The notes beneath the pieces were generated by a model. That model did not search any database. It saw only the letters and a program-made list of their open reading frames with translations, and was not told where the DNA came from. From a virus, in IMG/VR virus record IMGVR_UViG_3300038443_001768: 64,000 bases of DNA. One strand, written 5' to 3'. A program made the translations under genes and the position numbers. Positions 57,059 to 64,000 of the stretch are shown here, piece after piece. The stretch's first letter is position 1, and every line of letters begins with the position of its first letter.

Positions 57059-60000
57059 CTACGAACCGGCCAGCAAGTCGATGACTTCGCCGCTCGCCAC
57101 GTAGGGAATCACATGTCCCGACGCGACAGCAGGAAATACGTGACCGGAGAGTGGGGGCTCATGATGAACGTACGCGATCACAACCGGCCCAGAGATAATG
57201 ATCGCATCCGACAGCACAAACGACTGAGCCAGCACACGCGCCAGCGACTGATGAAAGACCAGCGAGTCGACAAGTACATTCACCTCAGAAACAGAGAAGA
57301 CGCCGCCGCTGGTGCCGGCCACGTTGTCGACCACAACGATTGAGCCGTTCACCGAGCGCACAATCGAAACGGCCCCCGAGAGCGCATCCGCCAACGCCGC
57401 GGTCTCCGCCAGCGCGCGGCTATCAGCGATCAGCGACCCAGCCGCATCAGACAAAAACACCGATGTTGTCGCTGTTCGTCCCAGCGACAAAAGACCCAAT
57501 AGTGTGTCGGCGACGGACAATGACTCAGACGCCGGCCGCGGCAAAACCACGCCCGACGCGGTTACGTCGGCTACGACGACTGACTCATCAAGCGAGCGCG
57601 GGAATGCGCGCACAACGGCATCGCCCAGGGCTAGTGAATCAGAAAGCGATCGAGAGTCACCCACCGACCTCGACAAGCTCTCTGAGAGTGCCGCGGTCTC
57701 CGTGATAGCGAGCGAGTAGGCTCGCTGAATAGTCGCGACACCGAAGGTCTCGGCGGACGAGATCGCAGTCATGTAGAGAGTGCTCGTCGACTGCGCTACA
57801 TCGATCTGGTTGTAGTAGATCCCGTTTGAATCCGAGTACACGTACGGGATCAGTACTTCATTAGAGCGGGTGCCGTTGGTGACGTTGATGCGATTGAATG
57901 TTCCCGCATGCGCGGCCGAACCTAGCCCCAGGGCGTTTGAGAACGACCCCACACCTGGGGTTCCTGAGTAGATTCTCAGGTCGCGGTCGGAGTCCGAGAT
58001 GTGAACTACGACCTCGGTGTCGCGAGCGCCGTTCACCTCGGCGTTTGCGAGGTTCGCTAGGGTCGTGTCCGCGTATGAGTCGCCGGCCGATCCGACATTT
58101 GAACGAATCGTGAACGTCGGCGAATCCGCTGGAGCCCATTCGAGTACGTTCGTATTACCGGCGGAGGTCGTAGACGTGCCCGACGCTCTCCTCCGGTAGG
58201 CGGCGCGCATCCTGATCACTGATGACGAGTCCGCATACATGACCGGCGTCGCCATGTCTAGAGCGGCGTAGAAGTTGTTGGGGCCGTCGATTGACTGTGG
58301 GCCGGTACCACTGATACGGGCGTCGGCGGCGATGAAGGAGTCGGCCGCGCTCAAAACCCGGTAATAGAGGCCGTCGGCTGAGCCACCGGCGGTGGCCTTC
58401 TCGACGAAGAAGTAGGCGCGGTCTGAGTTGTCGATCGCGATTCCAACAACCAGGGCGTCGGCCTGGCCTGCGACTTCCTGCGCCACGAGTACGTCGCGTG
58501 TCCACGTACCGGAGTTCGTCCGCTTAGCGTAGTAGGTGCGCCAATTTCCGGTGGCCGTTTTGCCGTAGGCGATGATGGAGTCGCCGTTTGAGCGCACACC
58601 AAGATAGACACCGACGCCGGTATTGAGGCTGGAGATCCCCGAGTCCTCATCAAGTGTCCATGTGTCTGACGAGGTGTCGAAGCGCGCGTACCTGATTACG
58701 TTGTCGCTCTGTGCGTACGCGACATGAAGGATCGAGCCGACGATCTTTGTATCGACGGCGTCGATGGTCGTGCCGGCCGTGGTTACGGTGCGCTCGCCGG
58801 ACGTGTTGACCGCCGACCACGTGCCCTGCATCGGATCTGCGGCCTTATAGACCCTGACGCTGCGCGAACCCGACACGTCACGGTAGGCGGCCACATAGGT
58901 GGCTCCGTTTGGTGCAACCCACGGACCGCAAGTGCCCGGCTTCGACGACAGCTTGATCGTTGAATCACCAAAGCTGTTCGGTGGGGCAGTGACGCGCGTC
59001 GCGTAGACGTCAGACTTGGGCCGTAGCGTAAACGGTCCGCCTGAGTAATAGGCGCTGCTGTAGCTCTGTGCGGCGACCGCGTTGTCCTCGACGCAGAAGA
59101 CGAGACCGCTGCCGCGATGTCCACGCGTGCTCGTGTAGCGCACCCATTCGCCGTACACGAACGACCCCATGTTGCCGGTGCCGATGTTCTCGGTCGTCCA
59201 GCCTCCGGACGCACCCTCGGTGAACGAGAATGCCATCGTTGGCAAGCCGCTCGACGCGGAGCGGTACGCCATGCCAAGGAGCCCGGGGGCCAACTGCGTC
59301 AGCGCCGGGCGGCCCGACGCAGAGGTCAGACAACTCGAAGCGTCGGGCGTCCATGTTGAGCCGTCGTCGGTAGAGATAGCCCTGAAGAACCGAAACGGCG
59401 AAACAGTATCAGAGCGCATCATGCAGATGATGATGCGGCTGTTATCGCTGCGCGTGTAGACGCACAGGTTGGGCTCAACACGCTCGGTCGTCGCGTCCTG
59501 AGCGATCACGCCGATGTCGGTCCACGACACGCCGCCGTTGGTTGAACGGGCGAGTCGACTGTAACCAATGGTTGATGCTCCGTCGCCGCCGTAGGCGGCC
59601 AGCAGCAGCGTACCTGACCCGTCGGGGATACACACGGGAGGGCCGCTGACGTCGGTGCCCCAGGCGCTACCAGGAAGCGAGGTGTTGGGGTTGGTGGCGG
59701 TGAACGAAAACGGAACCTGGACCGGGTTGCTCCACGTGAACCCGTTGTCGTCGCTGTAGAGCGTCCACGCCGTGTACTCAAGGGTCGTCTTGCTGACGCG
59801 CGTAGCGCTGAGTACGAGCCGGTTGTCGTGCGAGCCTCCCTCGACCTTAGCGAGGCCGAGGTCGAGCCACCCATAGTTGGAATCCGAGCGAAGCTGTGTG
59901 ATCTCAACCGGACTACCCCACGTGGCGCCCTCGTTGGTTGAGCGCAGGTAGTACGAGTACTGATCGAGCGCCAGGTGATGCGTCGCATTGCCGTAGGCGG

Positions 60001-60124
60001 CCAACAGGTCGCCGTTTCCGCACTGGACGCCACCACCGAAGGCGTTGTACTGTTTGCCGGAGAGGTCCTCGTGAAGCTTTGTGTTTGCCCCCCAGCGTGT
60101 CGGGCTGACTTGCTGAACGCTCAT
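57059..60124 (-). CDS. Large virion protein with BNR/Asp-box (sialidase-like propeller) domains
   Basis: Asp boxes STNEGATW, SDDNGFTW, STNGGVSW, STDDGSTW; C-terminal ~18-aa 'R.L.ES...AD' repeats. Confidence 0.75.
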   Translation of the reverse strand: MSVQQVSPTRWGANTKLHEDLSGKQYNAFGGGVQCGNGDLLAAYGNATHHLALDQYSYYLRSTNEGATWGSPVEITQLRSDSNYGWLDLGLAKVEGGSHDNRLVLSATRVSKTTLEYTAWTLYSDDNGFTWSNPVQVPFSFTATNPNTSLPGSAWGTDVSGPPVCIPDGSGTLLLAAYGGDGASTIGYSRLARSTNGGVSWTDIGVIAQDATTERVEPNLCVYTRSDNSRIIICMMRSDTVSPFRFFRAISTDDGSTWTPDASSCLTSASGRPALTQLAPGLLGMAYRSASSGLPTMAFSFTEGASGGWTTENIGTGNMGSFVYGEWVRYTSTRGHRGSGLVFCVEDNAVAAQSYSSAYYSGGPFTLRPKSDVYATRVTAPPNSFGDSTIKLSSKPGTCGPWVAPNGATYVAAYRDVSGSRSVRVYKAADPMQGTWSAVNTSGERTVTTAGTTIDAVDTKIVGSILHVAYAQSDNVIRYARFDTSSDTWTLDEDSGISSLNTGVGVYLGVRSNGDSIIAYGKTATGNWRTYYAKRTNSGTWTRDVLVAQEVAGQADALVVGIAIDNSDRAYFFVEKATAGGSADGLYYRVLSAADSFIAADARISGTGPQSIDGPNNFYAALDMATPVMYADSSSVIRMRAAYRRRASGTSTTSAGNTNVLEWAPADSPTFTIRSNVGSAGDSYADTTLANLANAEVNGARDTEVVVHISDSDRDLRIYSGTPGVGSFSNALGLGSAAHAGTFNRINVTNGTRSNEVLIPYVYSDSNGIYYNQIDVAQSTSTLYMTAISSAETFGVATIQRAYSLAITETAALSESLSRSVGDSRSLSDSLALGDAVVRAFPRSLDESVVVADVTASGVVLPRPASESLSVADTLLGLLSLGRTATTSVFLSDAAGSLIADSRALAETAALADALSGAVSIVRSVNGSIVVVDNVAGTSGGVFSVSEVNVLVDSLVFHQSLARVLAQSFVLSDAIIISGPVVIAYVHHEPPLSGHVFPAVASGHVIPYVASGEVIDLLAGS

Positions 60125-60130
60125 CAGCGC

Positions 60131-60559
60131 TTAGAGCTTGAAGATCTTGCCGGTCGAGTTGTCCCAGGCTACGATGATGTCGCCGCCATTGGGTGTGACG
60201 GGCAGGTTCGTCATAGTGTCGACGTAGGCGATGAGGCGCTGAGCGGAAGCCGCAACATCGGCCCCGCCAGTGACGGCGGAGGCCTGATAAATGATCACGC
60301 TGGTGATTGAGGCTCCGGAGGCCACGGACGCGAACGTAGCGTCGCTGGCGTCGGCGACACCGCCGGTAATGGTCTTCGAGGTCAGCGTCACAGTGGCAAC
60401 GAGAGTGCCGCCTCCAGCGCCTGTGACGTCGGAGACGAACTTATGCGAAGAACTATATGTGTAGCCGCGAACCAGCGACACCTTGATCGTCGCTGTGTCC
60501 CAGTCGATCTCTCCAGCTAGGAAGCCCTCGCGGCCTGCGTCATAGAGCGCGTTGGCCAT
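60131..60559 (-). CDS. Conserved phage structural protein
   Basis: MANALYD...IDW...IKV.LV ... LPVTPNGGDI.V.W...IFKL pattern typical of virion accessory proteins. Confidence 0.65.
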   Translation of the reverse strand: MANALYDAGREGFLAGEIDWDTATIKVSLVRGYTYSSSHKFVSDVTGAGGGTLVATVTLTSKTITGGVADASDATFASVASGASITSVIIYQASAVTGGADVAASAQRLIAYVDTMTNLPVTPNGGDIIVAWDNSTGKIFKL

Positions 60560-60567
60560 GGGCGTGA

Positions 60568-61476
60568 TTAGCTCCTAGTCAGCGTGAAGGTGATCGTGAT
60601 GGCGTCGCCAGACGTGGTCAGCGTTGCCGTGGACGAGAGGTTCTTCTCGTATCCAAGGGTTCCAGACGACGACGCGTTGAGCGCTCCGAACTTAGCGATC
60701 GTCACAGGTAGGGAGTCTGAGCCATTGGCTGTCCACGTCGCGGTCAGCGTCGCGGTCGACGTGCCCGTCGTGTGCGCGTACGTCATCTGCTTACGCAGAA
60801 GGCCGCCACCGGCGGTGGTGATCTCGCTCGGCAGGGTCGTGTTCGCGGCCGACTCGGCGGCTGTTGAGGCGGAAAGCGCGCCGTAGTTGAAGGACGCGGG
60901 CTGGGCCGATGTCGATAGATGCTGGCCGAAGAATGCGTCCTGACCTGCGTTGGTCATCAACAGCCGCGCGTTGGCGTAGTCGACGTCAAACAAGGTGTCC
61001 CATTCGCGCGCACGGTAGCCGCGGAAGGACAAGCCGATCTCGTCACCGAAGGCGGCTGAGTACGGCCGATCGTCGCCGCCGTTGTTGAACAGCGGGTCGT
61101 CGTATGGGTGGACGCTCGGGCCGGCCCAATCGGACGGACGTCCGACCGAGCAGCCGAAGTATGCGGCTACGGCGGCGGCCAACGCAGGGTCATCAGACTC
61201 TACCCAATCAGCAGGATCGTCTGAGTGCGACTCCCACCAGGAGTCGCGGATGTCTTCGAGGTGCAGGAAGTACGGACGATGCTCGTTGCTCAGCGCGGCA
61301 AGGCGCTCTCGGCGCTCGCGCGAATCACGACCGCGGCCCTCTCCGGATGCGATGAGGGCGATGCTGGGGCTGTTTGGCTCACGAGCAAACTCGAAGCGCG
61401 TTAGCTGCTTGTCCTCATGTACGTCGCCATCGGAGGTCTTGGCGGACGAGTTTCCTAGAAGTACGACGGCTGACAT
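60568..61476 (-). CDS. Putative virion protein
   Basis: C-terminal 'LMTNAG...T.L..EI...GGL.R...TY.HT.G...TSGDAITIT' structural-protein pattern. Confidence 0.55.
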   Translation of the reverse strand: MSAVVLLGNSSAKTSDGDVHEDKQLTRFEFAREPNSPSIALIASGEGRGRDSRERRERLAALSNEHRPYFLHLEDIRDSWWESHSDDPADWVESDDPALAAAVAAYFGCSVGRPSDWAGPSVHPYDDPLFNNGGDDRPYSAAFGDEIGLSFRGYRAREWDTLFDVDYANARLLMTNAGQDAFFGQHLSTSAQPASFNYGALSASTAAESAANTTLPSEITTAGGGLLRKQMTYAHTTGTSTATLTATWTANGSDSLPVTIAKFGALNASSSGTLGYEKNLSSTATLTTSGDAITITFTLTRS

Positions 61477-61581
61477 GTCTCTGTTTCTTGTTCCTGGAAT
61501 CGACCCATTTTGCGGCGAATGTCTCATCAACAGTACCCGACGGTTCGCCATCAACGGCTCTGGATGTGGTACGCTTCCTGG

Positions 61582-62070
61582 ATGCGTCCAGTCATGTACA
61601 TCGTCGCCAACGAGGGGCTCGGCATGTCGCCAGGCAAGCTCGCTGCCCAGGCCGCCCATGCCGCCGTAGAGGCCTACCGGCTATCGTGTCCGATCCCGGT
61701 ATGGCACCCAGACCAAGACAAGCTGCGCTTCGAAGGACGCGAGGTCGTGCAGGAGTGGTACAAGGGCGGCCACTACACGAAGATCGTCCTCGGCGCTCGC
61801 GACTCTCAACACCTGTTGACGCTGGAGCGCTACATCAAGGAGCGTGGATTCAAGACCGCGTTGATCATCGATGAGGGTCGGACAGAGATCGAGCCACACT
61901 CGCCGACAGCGATCGGCGTCGAGATCGTCGACAAGGACGACGAGCACACATGGGCAACGTTTGGGTCGATCAAGCTCTTCGGGCAGGCCAGCGGTCCGCC
62001 CAAGCGAGTCGACTACGACGCCGCGACTGTGAGCCGCTACGGAAAGTTCTTCAACGCGCTCAAGAGCTAG
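61582..62070 (+). CDS. pth2: Peptidyl-tRNA hydrolase, Pth2 family
   Basis: MYIVANEGLGMSPGKLAAQAAHAA, TKIVL, IIDEGRTEIEP.SPTAIG. Confidence 0.92.
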   Translation: MRPVMYIVANEGLGMSPGKLAAQAAHAAVEAYRLSCPIPVWHPDQDKLRFEGREVVQEWYKGGHYTKIVLGARDSQHLLTLERYIKERGFKTALIIDEGRTEIEPHSPTAIGVEIVDKDDEHTWATFGSIKLFGQASGPPKRVDYDAATVSRYGKFFNALKS

Positions 62071-62072
62071 TC

Positions 62073-62201
62073 GTGCGTAGTCCGCTCTGGGCCGTTTACA
62101 GCCTCGTGATGACCAGTGTCGTGGCTGTGTACGGAGTGCTCACGATTCGATTGTTGCGTGAGTTCAGAGCAGAGTACGAGGAGTACAAGGACTTGCTGTA
62201 G
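62073..62201 (+). CDS. Small membrane protein
   Basis: 42 aa with one hydrophobic helix. Confidence 0.4.
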   Translation: MRSPLWAVYSLVMTSVVAVYGVLTIRLLREFRAEYEEYKDLL

Positions 62202-62208
62202 AACGACG

Positions 62209-62232
62209 AAAAGCCCCCATCTCAGGGGGCTT
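62209..62232. terminator. Bidirectional terminator
   Basis: AAGCCCCC-loop-GGGGGCTT. Confidence 0.7.
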
Positions 62233-62239
62233 CTCTATA

Positions 62240-62313
62240 TGGAGCCGGCTGGATTTGAACCAGCGACCTCACGGGCTTCAACCGTCCGCTCTACCGGGCT
62301 GAGCTACGACTCC
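62240..62313 (-). tRNA. tRNA-Phe(GAA)
   Basis: Cloverleaf; loop TTGAAGC. Confidence 0.88.
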
Positions 62314-62388
62314 GAGCCCCGGGCTCGCACCGGGAACCATCAGGCTCGTAGTACCTGACCTTTGGACGCCCTTGGCGTCGGTGCATTG
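62314..62388 (-). ncRNA. tRNA-sized structured element / degenerate tRNA
   Basis: GACGCC/GGCGTC, TCAGG/CCTGA and CCCGG-TGCGAGC-CCGGG hairpins; no canonical acceptor stem. Confidence 0.4.
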
Positions 62389-62390
62389 AG

Positions 62391-62462
62391 AGCAGGCGAC
62401 GGGGCTCGAACCCGCTCTTGAGGCTTGGAAGGCCGCCGTGCAACCGGTAACACTTCACCTGC
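62391..62462 (-). tRNA. tRNA-Gly(UCC)
   Basis: Loop CTTCCAA; U73. Confidence 0.88.
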
Positions 62463-62466
62463 TTGA

Positions 62467-62538
62467 AGCTCCCGCAGAGACTTGAACTCTACCATCTCGG
62501 GTACGAACCGAGCGCAACGCCATCTTTGCTTCGGGAGC
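62467..62538 (-). tRNA. tRNA-Thr(CGU)
   Basis: Loop TTCGTAC. Confidence 0.85.
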
Positions 62539-62673
62539 GAACAGGCCGGCGCTCTACCGTTGAGCTACAAGCGGGCGAACCATCAAGGAGCGACCTCGAA
62601 GTAATCCGACTCGACGTGCACGTCGAGAAGGGTTGCCGCCAGGGCGGATTCGAACCACCAACCTCCGGCCGTA
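62539..62673 (-). ncRNA. Circularly permuted tRNA(Asn)-like RNA / YrlA-like tRNA mimic
   Basis: On the - strand the tRNA 3' half (GCCGG-AGGTT-GGTGG TTCGAAT CCGCC-CTGGCGG; 62672-62635) precedes the 5' half (CCGCTTG-TA-GCTC AACGGTA GAGC-G-CCGGC-CT-GTT; 62574-62540), joined by a 60-nt linker. Confidence 0.8.
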
Positions 62674-62674
62674 A

Positions 62675-62748
62675 AGCCGACTGTGGGACTCGAACCCACG
62701 ACATTCGTCTTACAAGGACGACGCTCTAGCCATCTGAGCTAAGTCGGC
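62675..62748 (-). tRNA. tRNA-Thr(UGU)
   Basis: Loop CTTGTAA. Confidence 0.9.
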
Positions 62749-62751
62749 GGA

Positions 62752-62823
62752 AGCTGCGACCGAGAATTGAACCCGGGACTCGACCGTACCAAGGTCGCGT
62801 GTTACCACTAGCACCATCGCAGC
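62752..62823 (-). tRNA. tRNA-Thr(GGU)
   Basis: Loop TTGGTAC. Confidence 0.9.
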
Positions 62824-62827
62824 GAAG

Positions 62828-62901
62828 TGGTGCCGACAGGAATCGAACCTGCGTTCTTCGGGGTAAAAGCCCGCTGCAAGGCCAACGTTTGCTACGACAC
62901 C
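62828..62901 (-). tRNA. tRNA-Lys(UUU)
   Basis: Loop CTTTTAC. Confidence 0.88.
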
Positions 62902-62904
62902 GTA

Positions 62905-62979
62905 TGCCCCGGGCAGGAATCGAACCTGCGTGCCAGTGGGTAAGAGCCACTTTCTAAAGCCAGCTTTTGTTACCGAGGC
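62905..62979 (-). tRNA. tRNA-Lys(CUU)
   Basis: Loop CTCTTAC; weak D stem. Confidence 0.82.
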
Positions 62980-62984
62980 GAGGA

Positions 62985-63057
62985 AGTGGAAGACGGGACT
63001 CGAACCCGCGGCCTTCTCCATGGCAAGGAGACGCTCTACCAACTGAGCTACATCCAC
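62985..63057 (-). tRNA. tRNA-Gly(GCC)
   Basis: Loop TTGCCAT. Confidence 0.92.
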
Positions 63058-63062
63058 GAAAG

Positions 63063-63136
63063 TTGGCCCTCTGGGACTCGAACCCAGGACCTCCCGCGTA
63101 TCAGACGGACGCTCTAACCAACTGAGCTAAGGACCA
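63063..63136 (-). tRNA. tRNA-Ile(GAU)
   Basis: Loop CTGATAC. Confidence 0.9.
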
Positions 63137-63142
63137 TTGAAG

Positions 63143-63214
63143 TGCTCGATGTAGGATTCGAACCTACGACCCCACGCTTGTAAGGCGCGTGCTCTCCCGC
63201 TGAGCTAATCGAGC
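63143..63214 (-). tRNA. tRNA-Val(UAC)
   Basis: Loop CTTACAA. Confidence 0.92.
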
Positions 63215-63218
63215 GAAG

Positions 63219-63291
63219 TGGAGGATACGGGACTTGAACCCGTGACTTCCAGCATGCCATGCTGGCGCTCTCCCAACTGAGCTAATCCCCC
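63219..63291 (-). tRNA. tRNA-Ala(GGC)
   Basis: G3:U70; loop ATGGCAT. Confidence 0.92.
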
Positions 63292-63357
63292 ATGGCTGGT
63301 TGATAACGGTGACTAGCTCACCGAGTCCGGAGTTAGGGCCTCCGGACTAGGAACCCA
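63292..63357 (-). ncRNA. Three-way-junction structured element between the two Ala tRNAs
   Basis: GGTT/AACC closing stem; AGTCCGGAG-GCCCTAA-CTCCGGACT (9 bp) and CGGTGA-GCTAG-TCACCG (6 bp). Confidence 0.45.
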
Positions 63358-63431
63358 TGGACCAGGAGGGATTCGAACCCTCAACCCTCTGCGTGCAAAG
63401 CAGGCGCTCTACCAATTGGAGCTACAAGCCC
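63358..63431 (-). tRNA. tRNA-Ala(UGC)
   Basis: G3:U70; loop TTTGCAC. Confidence 0.9.
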
Positions 63432-63472
63432 GTGGTGCCCCGGCACAAGGCCGGAGCGCGATTGGAGAATGA

Positions 63473-63494
63473 ACTCTAGCACATCTCCATGACA
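63473..63494 (-). promoter_or_regulatory. Promoter of tRNA array 3
   Basis: TGTCA-N8-TGCTAGAGT. Confidence 0.6.
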
Positions 63495-63529
63495 GACGCA
63501 GGCGGTCGACTCAGCGACCGCCGACCATC

Positions 63530-64000
63530 TTATGTCCCCATACCGACCAGCCACGACGCGCCATGGATGTTCCCCGACGACGGAGTGATGGTCGACGGCA
63601 GCGCGGTCAGTCCGGACGAGTAGCTCGACCAACGGTAGGGCGACGTAGTCTGACCCATGTGGATCGTGAACGCGTTGGAGCCGCCACGCGACATCGTCGG
63701 GTGGGTGCCGGTCCAGTTGAACAACCACCCGACACCGTACATGAGGCCGCGGAACGCCTCGGCGTTCGCCTGTAGCGCGTAGCGGGTGTCCGTGACCGCG
63801 GCCAGGGTGCCGGTCCTGGTGGCGAGCGTGGCCGACAGGTCGGCGGTCGAGCCGATCAGGTTGCCGTCCTTGTCGTACAGCCCCAAGAAGTTCTGGCCCG
63901 ACGTCCAGGTGGTGGTGTCGCCCTTGGTCAGCGCGAGCCACAGATTGGCGATCTGCGCGCTCTTCAGGGCACGCATCCAGGAGACGTACAACGTGCCGCT
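63530..64000 (-). CDS. Partial putative virion/tail-fibre-associated protein (5' end outside window)
   Basis: Open frame to the window edge; beta-rich, 'LGLYD..GNLIGSTADL', 'TALPSTIT'. Confidence 0.55.
   Translation of the reverse strand, partial: SGTLYVSWMRALKSAQIANLWLALTKGDTTTWTSGQNFLGLYDKDGNLIGSTADLSATLATRTGTLAAVTDTRYALQANAEAFRGLMYGVGWLFNWTGTHPTMSRGGSNAFTIHMGQTTSPYRWSSYSSGLTALPSTITPSSGNIHGASWLVGMGT

Noticed and set aside
62314-62345. Cobalamin riboswitch (CCGGUGCGA.CCGG T-loop), given the B12-dependent RNR
   Set aside because: No B12 box, wrong context (inside a tRNA array) and far from nrdJ
1-64000. CRISPR array, reverse transcriptase/DGR/retron, integrase or transposase
   Set aside because: No regularly spaced repeats other than tRNA T-loops, and no RT, Cas, integrase or transposase motifs among the ORFs

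Overview
A 64-kb, high-GC segment of a large tailed (siphovirus-like, HK97-fold) phage genome. Leaderless promoters, an Rpf-like transglycosylase and actinobacterial-type tRNAs suggest an actinobacterial host (inference). The window holds the terminase pair on the + strand (4.6-6.6 kb) and a - strand virion/lysis module (18.3-42.5 kb: portal-MuF fusion, protease, capsid, neck, tail tube, chaperone, tape measure, minor tails, putative peptidase, lysozyme, holin). That module is interrupted by a class II ribonucleotide reductase. A second virion-protein block lies at 56-61.5 kb and 63.5 kb onward. Nucleotide/NAD genes (ThyX, NrdJ, NAPRTase) and many small hypothetical genes are also present. The most striking content is an unusually complete tRNA and translation-maintenance kit. 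It has 37 tRNA genes in three - strand arrays covering all 20 amino acids, almost all without an encoded CCA. It also has a CCA-adding enzyme, RtcB, an RlaP-type nucleotidyltransferase, Pth2, a stand-alone GGQ release-factor domain and an S4-like protein. Inside and upstream of the tRNA arrays are several non-tRNA structured RNAs. These include a circularly permuted tRNA(Asn)-like/YrlA-like element (62539-62673), a kissing-loop RNA (48988-49108), a ~430-nt structured RNA (49540-49970) and three smaller elements. Also seen: an initiator tRNA with a 6-nt T-stem insertion, a +1 UUU_CGU frameshift candidate in the tail chaperone and a recurring TGTCR-N10/11-TAnnnT promoter motif. All calls are by eye from motifs; no database search was run.
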